IMG/VR virus record: IMGVR_UViG_3300022696_000071
Span: 105,748 to 169,747 of that record
From: a virus
Length of the DNA stretch: 64,000 nt
Strand: one strand, 5' to 3'
Position numbers and translations under genes: made by a program. The notes beneath the pieces are model-generated. The model was not told the origin of the DNA, searched no databases, and was given only the letters and a program-made list of their open reading frames with translations. Of this stretch, positions 37,769 to 47,919 are shown one piece after another (the first letter of the stretch is position 1; every line of letters begins with the position of its first letter).

Positions 37769-38964
37769 TTTACTTCTCCCAATATCCCACTCGTCTTCAT
37801 GAATTCTGCTAATTTTTTCAGCGGAAGAATATTCTTCGAAGCGAGTGTTTTTATAAGATCATGACCTTTTCCCTTGCCATGAACGTATTTTATCGAACAG
37901 ATCATTAACTCTTTATTCGACTTATGAATCTTATTCAAAATATCTACGTAGATTTTTGAATAATATACTCTTTCTTTTTCATTATCTGTCGAATAATAGT
38001 GGGAATAATATGCATCAGTTACTGCATATATAAATGCAAATCGTTCAACTGATTTAACAGGAATATCAAACTGTCCTGTTGCAAAGATCGCTTTCGTATC
38101 AAACTGAGAATATATGTCTGTATAGATCTTGAACTTCGCTGCTGCTTCATGTCCAACGTATGCAGCATAAATGGAACTTTGCGTTGATCCAGACAATTTT
38201 TTCCACATATCTCTTTTCTGAAGAGCTTGAATCTTCGTTGAGAGATATGTCCAAGAACGAGGAGAGGGCCAGGGGTCAACCATTGATTCTTCACCCTGAA
38301 AGAATTCTCTATTTGACATATCTTCCAAAAACGAGATAATCGGACCATATACTTCATTTTTGAAAGCAAATTTATCACGCCAATTCTTATACGATGGTTT
38401 GATATAATATTTGGCAACTCGGTTCATCACTGCACCGAATTGGGGTTTGGAGCCAGACAGTGCTTTATCATTGCCAGCAAGCATTATTAATGTGTCTGCC
38501 GGAAACCCTTTACCTCTAATTGTATAATCAGTAAATGCTTCGAATCCGACTGATTGAACTGATTTTGAGGCAAGATGCCAATCATCGATTACAATCAAAA
38601 CTGGTTTTTCTTTACTTAATTCTCTTGCTTCACATATAATATCTGGAATAGACCAGATTGTATGCATTTCTTTTCTCTTTCCTTCTTCCGATTCAATATG
38701 TAAAAAGTCGGGTATACCGCCCAACTCCTCAACTTTCAAGAATCCAGCATTTCGAACGATAAGATGGAAGTTTTGCTTTTTCGCAAGTTCACGAAGTGAT
38801 TCAGTTTTACCGGAACCGGGAGGTCCAACGAAATAGTTGATTGCCATTTTTATTTCTGGGTTCTCGATCTTTTCTTTGTGATCGATAATAGCTATACTAA
38901 TAGCTTCATGTAAATTAAGAACATGATCACTCATAACAGTACCACTTCTTCCATTTTCAGACAT
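37765..38964 (-). CDS. AAA+ ATPase (MoxR-like partner of the vWA protein)
   Basis: Walker A VGPPGSGKT. Walker B LIVIDDWH. 399 aa. Confidence 0.6.
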   Translation of the reverse strand: MSENGRSGTVMSDHVLNLHEAISIAIIDHKEKIENPEIKMAINYFVGPPGSGKTESLRELAKKQNFHLIVRNAGFLKVEELGGIPDFLHIESEEGKRKEMHTIWSIPDIICEARELSKEKPVLIVIDDWHLASKSVQSVGFEAFTDYTIRGKGFPADTLIMLAGNDKALSGSKPQFGAVMNRVAKYYIKPSYKNWRDKFAFKNEVYGPIISFLEDMSNREFFQGEESMVDPWPSPRSWTYLSTKIQALQKRDMWKKLSGSTQSSIYAAYVGHEAAAKFKIYTDIYSQFDTKAIFATGQFDIPVKSVERFAFIYAVTDAYYSHYYSTDNEKERVYYSKIYVDILNKIHKSNKELMICSIKYVHGKGKGHDLIKTLASKNILPLKKLAEFMKTSGILGEVK

Positions 38965-38976
38965 GTAAATCTCCTT

Positions 38977-39723
38977 TTAAATTATTTGCTTAGAATGACA
39001 ATGTATAGTCAACGTTTCTGCAAAAGGCCATATAAGATCTTTCCACACAAACGATTTGTCGATTTCATTATGATCTATAAAATTAAGAGATGATTTATTT
39101 ATTGTTATGACACTATCATCATATATAAGTGGCATTATCAATTTATCATTCTCTTCTTTTACAAACCATTCGATTTTATCAGATGATAATACAACTCGTC
39201 TGATTGATTCTAATCCAAATAATATAGACTTCTTAGTTCCGAAATCTATATTTTTAAATAAATCGTAGAATGAAGTATCAATTGTTCTATTCTTTATACC
39301 TTTAACAACGACATCTCCATTCATACATATAGCCATATATGCCGATCTATCTATAGTTATTATTAACTTAGATATTATATTTCTCAGTTCTATCGGCATA
39401 GTATTCTTTATATTTTTAATTTTTTTATTCGTAACTATTCCATCTTTTGTTCTTATAATTACATCATTTTCCGATAGATCATTTGTTTTTATATAATATT
39501 CCATTATATATGATGTTACTTTGTTTATGTAAATATTTAATGTTGGATTATCTCTTTGTAATAGTCCAATTTGTACAACTCTTGTATTTTTATCTTCATA
39601 ATTTATACCATTAACGTCCCATCCGATGCTTCTTAGGATATTGTATCCACATGCTCTTACATCATATATGTACAAATTAGAATATATAAGTGGACCATCT
39701 TTTATTATTCTCATTTTAAACAC
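38977..39723 (-). CDS. hypothetical protein
   Basis: 248-aa ORF. Confidence 0.4.
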   Translation of the reverse strand: MFKMRIIKDGPLIYSNLYIYDVRACGYNILRSIGWDVNGINYEDKNTRVVQIGLLQRDNPTLNIYINKVTSYIMEYYIKTNDLSENDVIIRTKDGIVTNKKIKNIKNTMPIELRNIISKLIITIDRSAYMAICMNGDVVVKGIKNRTIDTSFYDLFKNIDFGTKKSILFGLESIRRVVLSSDKIEWFVKEENDKLIMPLIYDDSVITINKSSLNFIDHNEIDKSFVWKDLIWPFAETLTIHCHSKQII

Positions 39724-39778
39724 CTATCCCCGGCAGATATGTTACCCGTATATATGTATATCGTACCGGGGATATAGT

Positions 39779-40564
39779 TTAGCCATTTATGGCATATTGT
39801 TGATTGATTGGTCTGTATGATAATTTAGTAATTGTTGTCAATAGCTTTTTTACATAATTAACATCAACCGTCTCAATCAACGTTTCATTCATAACGTTTA
39901 ATGCATCTTCTATGCTGATAACTTCGTCATTATCAACCATATTGCGATACTTTGCCCCTATTTTTCTAAACGTTATTTTATGGATGTCTGTTAGATTATC
40001 GTTTAGTCTATTTGGTTCAAGATGATTATCTTTTCTAAATGACCAAACAACATTCTTTGTCGCTTTAGTTACTATCATCTGATAAACACGATCACAAGTT
40101 ACATCATTGGATCTTTCTATGAATGCAACTATCTTTTTTCCTTTCATCGGATCATATGGGATATATGCAAATATTCCATTATCACCATAGTACTGTTTAA
40201 TCATAAATCCATTATTATGAATCTTCGATTTAGTACTGGTGTATATGTATGTTATTGCATTTTTATTCATAACGAATGGTATTAATGTGTTGTTATCTGA
40301 TAAAATCATTCTTGTCTTTTCTTTATTTGAAAATGTCAAATTATCTTTTATCAGTAATTGACCCGTTATATTTGAATTAATCCCGATACTTGTTAGATCT
40401 ACTACTTCGAACTCGTTTATATTCTCACAAAACTCATGCCATTTTAAATTTCCCAATTTAAAATCTTGGGAATTCTGTGATTCAAAAACATTGGTTTGTA
40501 TGAATTTTATGGATTCTTTATATTTATTTATATTTTTTCTTAATAAATCATAAACAGTAGTCAT
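39779..40564 (-). CDS. hypothetical protein
   Basis: 261-aa ORF. Confidence 0.4.
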   Translation of the reverse strand: MTTVYDLLRKNINKYKESIKFIQTNVFESQNSQDFKLGNLKWHEFCENINEFEVVDLTSIGINSNITGQLLIKDNLTFSNKEKTRMILSDNNTLIPFVMNKNAITYIYTSTKSKIHNNGFMIKQYYGDNGIFAYIPYDPMKGKKIVAFIERSNDVTCDRVYQMIVTKATKNVVWSFRKDNHLEPNRLNDNLTDIHKITFRKIGAKYRNMVDNDEVISIEDALNVMNETLIETVDVNYVKKLLTTITKLSYRPINQQYAING

Positions 40565-40576
40565 ATAAATATCTCC

Positions 40577-41248
40577 TTATATCATAGTGAATTTTCTATT
40601 TACGTGAGTCGTAAACTCTTTATTCACATCGAGATTTTTCAAAAAGCTACCTCTCAACGCAATCATCGTAACACCATCTGCATGTTCGCCCTGTTCAACT
40701 CCCCGTGCACACATACAGTTATGTATTGCTTCAGTAGCAACCCCTAATCCTTCTACGCTCAATTTATCAACCATTAGGGATGCCAATATATTTGTAAAGT
40801 CTTCTTGAAGTATTGGTGCACGACCAATCATTTTTACAGTTTCTGATATTTTTGATAAACCAGGAACTTTACATCGCTTTGGTATATCATGCTGTGTTGG
40901 AATATACCCAACCACCACTTTATATCTTACATCTTCGAAGTGATGAGGACACAGGGAGTGGATTCTAATTACTTGAGATACAATCATTCCATTAAATTGT
41001 GTTGGGAATGATTTAGTCTCTAATCCACTGTAATCAAGATTATGATAATCTATTCCAGAACATCGTTCCAATACCATTGATTTTGCAATTCGGGTTGGGG
41101 TATCTCTGAAATTTTCATCAGATCTCCAATCGACATAAAATGCATCTAATATTGTATTCCATGCATCTTCAATCATTGATATTTTAGTTTCATTATCATT
41201 ATTTGATGGTTTAACGCTACCAAACTTAAATAGATTGTTTTCAGGCAT
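40577..41248 (-). CDS. folE: GTP cyclohydrolase I (FolE); first step of 7-deazaguanine / preQ0 synthesis
   Basis: FolE motifs: DTPTRIAKSM, LCPHHF (CEHH-equivalent), GLSKISETV (GLSKIAR), QEDFT (QERLT), HNCMCARGV (HLCMxMRGV). 223 aa. Confidence 0.75.
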   Translation of the reverse strand: MPENNLFKFGSVKPSNNDNETKISMIEDAWNTILDAFYVDWRSDENFRDTPTRIAKSMVLERCSGIDYHNLDYSGLETKSFPTQFNGMIVSQVIRIHSLCPHHFEDVRYKVVVGYIPTQHDIPKRCKVPGLSKISETVKMIGRAPILQEDFTNILASLMVDKLSVEGLGVATEAIHNCMCARGVEQGEHADGVTMIALRGSFLKNLDVNKEFTTHVNRKFTMI

Positions 41249-41263
41249 TTTATATTTCCTGTT

Positions 41264-44263
41264 TTAATTTTTTATTTTTAAACCAAGTATGTCTAAATAT
41301 GCTTCTAATAATTTCATACTTTGTGGTCTGTCATCAAATGAATCATCAGATAAGCTTGGATTATTTAATATATCTTTTGTTAATAATTTATTCTTTAATC
41401 CCGGCGAATCACTCTGAACAGTTAACAAATCTCTTAAGAAATTTGTTCCACCATGAGCCAATAAAGCCCACGTTTCCATCTCACCAAATCTATGACCACC
41501 ACTCCTTGATTTACCACCAAGTGGTTGAAGTGTCTTTTTACTATATGGTCCAATACTTCTTGCTGCCATTTTTTCAGATGATCGATGTATTAATTTAGTA
41601 AAGAATATATATCCAGATACGATAAATCTTTTTATATTCATTCCTGTTTCTGGATCAAATATTTCATATCTAAATTCCGAATCAACAATAAACATTAAAT
41701 TGAATAAATCATATATAGATATTGATTGGAATGGTGGTTGTATGAAATATAAGTTTTCTTCTGGATCATTGTTATTATTATAATTTTCTATAAATTCAGA
41801 TCTTATTTTATTTTTTATCCATTCATCATCTGTTTTATCAATTATATCAAGAACTTGATCCAAAAGTTCTAATTTATCATCTAAACCATCAATTTCTTTT
41901 AATTTCAATTTTAATTGATGAAGACATTCGCTCATGTGTAATTCATATAATTGACCAATATTCATTCTTGATATAATACCAAGTGGATTTATAATAATAT
42001 CTAAATTCCTTCCATCTGGTAATTTTGGCATTTTATTATCTGGAATTATTCTTGATATTATACCTTTGTTACCGTGTCTGTTTGCTACTTTATCACCTTC
42101 TCCTATTTGTTGTTCATATACTGCTTGCATTTTTACAAGTATCCCGCCAAATCGTTTTCCTTTGTGTGCATATTTCCCTTTTTGATTAACACAATCTAAT
42201 CGAGATAGCCCATTTTTAGTTACAAATGCATTCACATCATCTTTATTGTCCATAAATCTCTCAAGCCGACTATATAATTGAATATAATTATCAGTTTGAG
42301 TAATCATCATCCTTTCTATAAAATCATGAAATTCTTTTATTTGTTTATTCCAACTATTTGGATATATTTCAATATCGGTTATCGTACAATCAACTGGAGC
42401 AGTTGGTTCAAATGGTTCAATATTTATTGATTCAAAACCATCTTCATCGTCAATAGTTTTAACTCTTGCATAAATCTGACCCTTTTTAAGTTTATCACCA
42501 ACTGAAAATAGTGGCATATATTCTTCATCGATTAAACTTAGGAGGACTTGTCCAGGTTCTATGCTAAAAGTAAGATCAATACTATGTAATGAAGTGAATT
42601 TTTTTCTTGTTGATTCACTTATTACAATACCATCTTCATAGTTCCAACCTTTCCATATAGCTATACCTGTTAATAAATTATGACCAAGTTTCAATTCACC
42701 ATTATCAAGCGTTATAGATTCACATAAAATATCACCCTTTTTAAATTCTTCTCCAACTTTATAGTAACATTTTATGTAATCAACGGTGTTTTGATACATG
42801 TTTCTATAATTTATATTTATAACTTCTGATGTTTTATCAACATACATTGCAATTACAAATTTATTATTGGCATGAACAATAGCACCATCATTTTTTGCAA
42901 TATGGGTAAAAGTGGTATGCTCAATATTCATACTTTCTAAGCCACTTCGTATAAATGGTTTCTCAGAATCTTTTAATATTATTGATTGTTTCAATTGATT
43001 TGATGCCATTTGAAGTCGAATCTGGTCATCATTTTTAAGAAATGGAACAAGAGATATAGGGTAAGATGTTATAACTTCTTGATCTGGAGTTCCAAATATT
43101 CCATTTTCTCCAATATCTATTGTTGGAATCATATTTAATATAACACCACAACCTTCCCGGTCTGGTGTATCTGCTGGACATACATATCCAAACTGACTAT
43201 GATGAATATCTCTAAGATGGTTTGGAACATTTTCTTTCTTAAATCCACCTGGACCAGTTAGAGACAATTGACACATGGAAGCGATTTCTGTGACAGGATT
43301 TATTGGAAAGTTAAAATGAACAATACTACTCACATTACAACCATCCAATATAATATTTTTGTTTATCTTAAATTTCGTATTTTTTGGATCGTTGTTTATT
43401 GTTACAATCATATCATAAAATTTTTTGACCAATGGAAACAGTATATATTCTGATAATCTTATTCTTTTTCTTTTGAATGTTTTATCAGATTTAGAACCAT
43501 CGTATATTCCCTGCAACAATTCGAATAGTATTGATTCAGTTTTCATTAATTTTTTGCTGAATATATCTATTTCATATGCTGCTTTTAACGAAAATAAAAC
43601 ACTTTTCCCTTTTTTATATTTATCTATATTGGCAGAAGAGTATAATTTTCCTATATTTGTTGTTCTCTCCTTTTTGCTTATATCGTATAATTTTTTACAC
43701 TCTACTATAAGATTATTTACATATTGATTATTTGGTCTTCCAGCTATAAACTCTTCAATTTCTTCTTTTGTATGAAATGTTGAAAGAAGAAGAGCAAGAG
43801 ATATTTTTTTATTAAAAAGAGTTACTATATAATTCTCTCTATCTCTTATATTATTGAGATTAAGTTCTATATTTATCGTATTTGTTCTTAATTTCAATAA
43901 ACCATTTCGATATATAATTGGAAAATCGTATAATTGAAAGATTGGTATCTTCAGATATCCACCAATATAGAAAAAATGATTTTCTATGATATCAGGTATT
44001 TTAATATCATAATTAAGATCTTTTTTCTTTCGTGTATTTCCATTTTTTAAAGTAGCTCTAAGTATCGAATATATATTATATTTCAATTCTTCAAGACGCT
44101 TTGCATGAGAATTTATCCAATCACATTTCTCAAAAGTCCAGTTATTGATTAAAGATACATTTTCGAATATTTCAGTTATTAACCGTTTTATTCGATCTTT
44201 ATCCCACTCGATACTTCTTCTAAAAAATATATCATTCTTCTTGTATCTTTTATCCATAATCAT
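41264..44263 (-). CDS. rpoB: DNA-directed RNA polymerase beta subunit (C-terminal two-thirds; N-terminal lobes absent)
   Basis: GPGGFKKENVPNHLRDIHHSQFGYVCPADTPDREGCGVILNM. NRHGNKGIISRI. PDGRNLDIIINPLGIISRMNIGQ. GHRFGEMETWALLAHG. 999 aa. The conserved GPGG block sits at about residue 335 versus about 566 in E. coli beta. Confidence 0.85.
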   Translation of the reverse strand: MIMDKRYKKNDIFFRRSIEWDKDRIKRLITEIFENVSLINNWTFEKCDWINSHAKRLEELKYNIYSILRATLKNGNTRKKKDLNYDIKIPDIIENHFFYIGGYLKIPIFQLYDFPIIYRNGLLKLRTNTINIELNLNNIRDRENYIVTLFNKKISLALLLSTFHTKEEIEEFIAGRPNNQYVNNLIVECKKLYDISKKERTTNIGKLYSSANIDKYKKGKSVLFSLKAAYEIDIFSKKLMKTESILFELLQGIYDGSKSDKTFKRKRIRLSEYILFPLVKKFYDMIVTINNDPKNTKFKINKNIILDGCNVSSIVHFNFPINPVTEIASMCQLSLTGPGGFKKENVPNHLRDIHHSQFGYVCPADTPDREGCGVILNMIPTIDIGENGIFGTPDQEVITSYPISLVPFLKNDDQIRLQMASNQLKQSIILKDSEKPFIRSGLESMNIEHTTFTHIAKNDGAIVHANNKFVIAMYVDKTSEVININYRNMYQNTVDYIKCYYKVGEEFKKGDILCESITLDNGELKLGHNLLTGIAIWKGWNYEDGIVISESTRKKFTSLHSIDLTFSIEPGQVLLSLIDEEYMPLFSVGDKLKKGQIYARVKTIDDEDGFESINIEPFEPTAPVDCTITDIEIYPNSWNKQIKEFHDFIERMMITQTDNYIQLYSRLERFMDNKDDVNAFVTKNGLSRLDCVNQKGKYAHKGKRFGGILVKMQAVYEQQIGEGDKVANRHGNKGIISRIIPDNKMPKLPDGRNLDIIINPLGIISRMNIGQLYELHMSECLHQLKLKLKEIDGLDDKLELLDQVLDIIDKTDDEWIKNKIRSEFIENYNNNNDPEENLYFIQPPFQSISIYDLFNLMFIVDSEFRYEIFDPETGMNIKRFIVSGYIFFTKLIHRSSEKMAARSIGPYSKKTLQPLGGKSRSGGHRFGEMETWALLAHGGTNFLRDLLTVQSDSPGLKNKLLTKDILNNPSLSDDSFDDRPQSMKLLEAYLDILGLKIKN

Positions 44264-44539
44264 TCCTTTTTTTTAAAAAAGTACAATTTCGTTTATAAAC
44301 TCTTTGAAATAATTTTTATCACATGACAATGTTATTAATTCACGACCAGCGCCATAAATCACTTCAAATGTCATATCATCTTTAGAACTATCATGTATTA
44401 TCTTTAACTTAAGATAATTTGGTTTACCATCTTCAGATAATTGTCTTTCAACACTGAATTTGGTCTTTTTTTCTTTTTCAATAAAAACTTTATCAGGTAT
44501 AATAAATCTCCTACTTATAATTTAATATATATATTCATA

Positions 44540-47500
44540 TTAATATTTAAATAATTCAGTCAGTGCTGATGAATTATCAGATCTATTATTTATAAGACCT
44601 TCCAACAATTTAGCTTTCAAATTAGCAAACATAGCTCCAAGTAACCATGATGTTCGTGATGGTATCTGAAGAATACTCACGAATTCATAATCAACATCAT
44701 TTCTGTTTGAAACTAATCTCCAAAGATCATTATCAACCCACATCATAGCAGATACAATTATTTCATAATGAACCATATGTATATTTTTATATTCTCCGAA
44801 TATACTATACATGAATTTGAGTAAATGTATTGGTTTACTTATATTCTCATCTCCATCTATTTGTTTTAATTTTGTTGGATTATGAAATAATTTATTTGCT
44901 ATATTAATACCACTAATAATATCTTCATTGTGAGAACCACCATCATCTGAATCTTCATCACTTACTCTATTTACAACACCGCTATTGTGAACAAATACAC
45001 CAGAAGATACTGGAAAATTATGATATTCATTATCAACTTCTAAATCATAAAATTCTTCTTCTTTATCTAATTCTATAAATTCTATATTATTAACTTTATG
45101 ATTGTATCCGCATGGGATGTCATGGTTTGGATCGGGGATAGGAGCATAATCATTATATAATTTATTTCTAAGATAATCTGGCGACCACTTGAGAAGATGT
45201 TCTCTATCATGTATTTTTCGACCATACATTTCTTTATTAATTTTATCAAATTGACTCAAACATAATCTAATATTGTTATCTTTCATATGTTGAAGTATTT
45301 TATCCATCATTGTTTCTGCAATACGTTGTTGTTTTGATCGATTATCTTCAACTCGATCATCAACAAGATGAGACAGAAAATCTGGAGAATGTTTAAGAAG
45401 ACCTTCTATCGTCTTCCTACTTAACGCTTTTGGATAAACAATTTCATTAGCTTTATCAAATGATGTATAAGTAAGAGGCATATCGAGTTCTTCCATCTTA
45501 GCAAGAACTTTTTTCATACGAGATTCACATTGAAGTTGTTGTCTCGATTTACCAGTTACTTTCCCTTTACTGTCACTACTCACTATTCGTCTTTCACCAC
45601 CAACTGGTTCGAGATGATTAAGATAATCTGGTGATAATTCTAACATCTTTTCTCTATGATGTGTTTTATCACCATATATTTCTCTATTTGATTTATCAAA
45701 ACTACCATATGTCATTGGAAGATTATTTTCTTCCATGTGTTTAAGAACTCTATCCATTCGTGATTCAGCATGAAGTTGTTGACGAGGTTTTTTAACTATA
45801 TCATCAATAAATCCAATCATTAAATCTTCATGATCTTTTATTGCATATTTATATGTTGGATATCTTAATCCAGCAGATTTAAAATATTTTTCTCGAATCA
45901 TATTAAAGTTCGTAGATGTTTTTTCTAACTTAAGATCAGATATTAATTTTAATATGTTTTCAATACATGTACGCCTTACTTTAATTGATATTTGTTTACT
46001 TTTTTCAGGATTATCAATGTGCCATTGTTTACGTGTTTCTGATGCTTTTATTCTTGCATCCTCTCCATGCATTTTTATATGTTCATCTGCATCTATTATT
46101 TGTATATTTGTAGGATAATCATTTTTAATATCATTATCGATATGATGTCTATGTATATTATTAGTTTTATTTATTTTCTCACAATCTGAGTGGTCTGATG
46201 ATAAATGGAATATTAAATCTCTCCTATAACCATTTGCTTTTGGTTCTTTATAATTTTGTTGAATTCTTCTTCTTCCCTCCATTCTACTACTAAGTGTACC
46301 ATATTCTAATAGATAACAAGGCATTAAAGAATCCCATTTCTTTAAATCTTTTGCTTTCTTATATGTACCATTACGCATCATCATTTCATGATCAGGTGTA
46401 ACTTTTATTATTTTCTTATTGTCTAAAGTTATTTTTACCATCTTATTCGTTATATGATCTTTAAACACATTCAATACTTTAGATACAACTATTTTTCCAT
46501 CTGGTGAACATGAAAAAGTATAAATATCTTCACTATTAATATTTATACGTTCATATAATTCATCCATTCGTATATGATTATTGTTTACATCTATTATACA
46601 AGTGTCGCGTGAAAGGCTTTCATGGAAGGTACGCAGTACAAGCTGCACGAGTCTCTCCCCGATTGAGTGAACAGCCATTATACCAATTTCATCGCTATGA
46701 AGTATTTTATGAAGATTACCATAACAAGTTTTACATATTTTTTCAGATTCACAATAAATTGGAGATCTTAGTTTTATATTTTTTCCAATTATATCATTTA
46801 TGTTCGAAGTTCTAATTGGAATAACATTACCATTATCATCCACATAATTTCTCCAGAGTAGAACTCTTGCCATCTTTTTATCTCGTACATATATCTCCAA
46901 ATAATCTTTAGTACAACAATCAATTTTATTGTGATCTATTTGATAATTAATACAACTGTATATTAATTGACGTGTTAAATATCCAGAATCACCAGTTGAT
47001 AATGCTGTATCCAATAATCCCTTTCTTGCACCATAACACGATTCAAAAAATTCTTTCTGATTCAACCCTTCCACCATACTACTTCGAATCAGATCTGGCC
47101 TAATATTTCCTTTTGAATCTGATACATAGCCCCTTGTGAATACAAGTTGCTTTGCTTGTTTCCATGAACCTCTCGCCCCCGACTTTATATACTGTGAGAA
47201 TGGTAAACTATCTAATAATTCATGTACTTCTTCTGAATTTTCGATAATATTCATATCATCTACAATATTACCAGTTAATTCTTTATTCTTCTTCAATAAT
47301 TCTTCTTTGAATATATCATCTAATCCAAGTGTATATCCTCGAATAGTTGACAATGAAAAACCAAGATTTTTAATTTTATCCAGTGTTTTTATAACTTTAG
47401 ATGGTGGATATGATAATACAATTTTATTTAATAAATTAAGTAATTTTCTCTTATCAATAACATCATCTATAATTGGATAATCTTCTGGTAAGCATTTATT

Positions 47501-47902
47501 AAATAATGCTCTCCCTCTTGATAATTGTACCCCTTTATATTCAACTAATTCAGTCAGCATATCATCAGTTGTTTCACCATTATTAATTTGAGTAGCACCA
47601 TATATTCCAAGAATAATGTCTTGATTGGGGCGAGGTACAAGAGTAATATCTGTTTGAGATAATAAATTATTCCATATTCCTATTCTTTCTTTCACATCAT
47701 TTTTTGATTCTTCTGTAATTGGAAAGTATAATGCCATACAATCTTGTACATATACACCATCGTGAGTTGAAAATGTAAAATAATCTTCAACAGTGAAATC
47801 ATATCCAATTGTTTTAGATGGATCTTTTTTAATAGAGATAGAAGAAACAGGAATTAAATTATATTTTTCTTCCAATTCTTTTTTTGATATTTTATTCGTC
47901 AT
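44540..47902 (-). CDS. rpoC: RNA polymerase beta' C-terminal part. Begins with a 54-aa C-intein fragment and contains a second, full-length intein.
   Basis: Residues 1-54 end with the intein block F/G-like GYDFTVEDYFTFSTHDGVYVQD. Residue 55 onward, CMALYFPIT, aligns with E. coli QMAVHVPLT, which follows NADFDGD. Beta' motifs present: GARKGLLDTALSTGDSGYLTRQL; LRTFH (trigger loop); GINIANKLFHNPTK; C-terminal SILQIPSRTSWLLGAMFANL. RBS AAGGAAAAAATTATAATG. Confidence 0.85.
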   Translation of the reverse strand: MTNKISKKELEEKYNLIPVSSISIKKDPSKTIGYDFTVEDYFTFSTHDGVYVQDCMALYFPITEESKNDVKERIGIWNNLLSQTDITLVPRPNQDIILGIYGATQINNGETTDDMLTELVEYKGVQLSRGRALFNKCLPEDYPIIDDVIDKRKLLNLLNKIVLSYPPSKVIKTLDKIKNLGFSLSTIRGYTLGLDDIFKEELLKKNKELTGNIVDDMNIIENSEEVHELLDSLPFSQYIKSGARGSWKQAKQLVFTRGYVSDSKGNIRPDLIRSSMVEGLNQKEFFESCYGARKGLLDTALSTGDSGYLTRQLIYSCINYQIDHNKIDCCTKDYLEIYVRDKKMARVLLWRNYVDDNGNVIPIRTSNINDIIGKNIKLRSPIYCESEKICKTCYGNLHKILHSDEIGIMAVHSIGERLVQLVLRTFHESLSRDTCIIDVNNNHIRMDELYERININSEDIYTFSCSPDGKIVVSKVLNVFKDHITNKMVKITLDNKKIIKVTPDHEMMMRNGTYKKAKDLKKWDSLMPCYLLEYGTLSSRMEGRRRIQQNYKEPKANGYRRDLIFHLSSDHSDCEKINKTNNIHRHHIDNDIKNDYPTNIQIIDADEHIKMHGEDARIKASETRKQWHIDNPEKSKQISIKVRRTCIENILKLISDLKLEKTSTNFNMIREKYFKSAGLRYPTYKYAIKDHEDLMIGFIDDIVKKPRQQLHAESRMDRVLKHMEENNLPMTYGSFDKSNREIYGDKTHHREKMLELSPDYLNHLEPVGGERRIVSSDSKGKVTGKSRQQLQCESRMKKVLAKMEELDMPLTYTSFDKANEIVYPKALSRKTIEGLLKHSPDFLSHLVDDRVEDNRSKQQRIAETMMDKILQHMKDNNIRLCLSQFDKINKEMYGRKIHDREHLLKWSPDYLRNKLYNDYAPIPDPNHDIPCGYNHKVNNIEFIELDKEEEFYDLEVDNEYHNFPVSSGVFVHNSGVVNRVSDEDSDDGGSHNEDIISGINIANKLFHNPTKLKQIDGDENISKPIHLLKFMYSIFGEYKNIHMVHYEIIVSAMMWVDNDLWRLVSNRNDVDYEFVSILQIPSRTSWLLGAMFANLKAKLLEGLINNRSDNSSALTELFKY
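44984..46600 (-). mobile_element. intein 2 (539 aa) inserted in the beta' trigger-loop region; carries an HNH endonuclease motif and three tandem ~55-aa DNA-binding-module-like repeats
   Basis: Starts at Cys (RDT|CIIDVNN). Block B-like VTPDHEMM. HNH-like HRHHIDNDIKNDYPTNIQIIDADEHIKMHGE. Ends EYHNFPVSSGVFVHN|S. Three repeats: HAESRMDRVLKHMEENNLPMTYGSFDK / QCESRMKKVLAKMEELDMPLTYTSFDK / RIAETMMDKILQHMKDNNIRLCLSQFDK. Codon boundaries checked against the DNA. Confidence 0.7.
47741..47902 (-). mobile_element. C-terminal fragment of split intein 1 (54 aa), fused in frame to the beta' C-extein
   Basis: MTNKISKKELEEKYNLIPVSSISIKKDPSKTIGYDFTVEDYFTFSTHDGVYVQD followed by C+1. The terminal residue is Asp rather than Asn. 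Confidence 0.6.
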
Positions 47903-47919
47903 TATAATTTTTTCCTTTT

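Noticed and set aside
44264-44539. Small (~75-aa) minus-strand ORF between rpoB and rpoC
   Set aside because: No ATG start near the GGAGA purine run (it would need an ATT or ATA start). Too uncertain to list.
47136-47480. Plus-strand ORFs inside the rpoC and rpoB genes (for example 47136..47480, 43425..43727)
   Set aside because: Antisense to strongly supported RNAP genes. Low-complexity translations.
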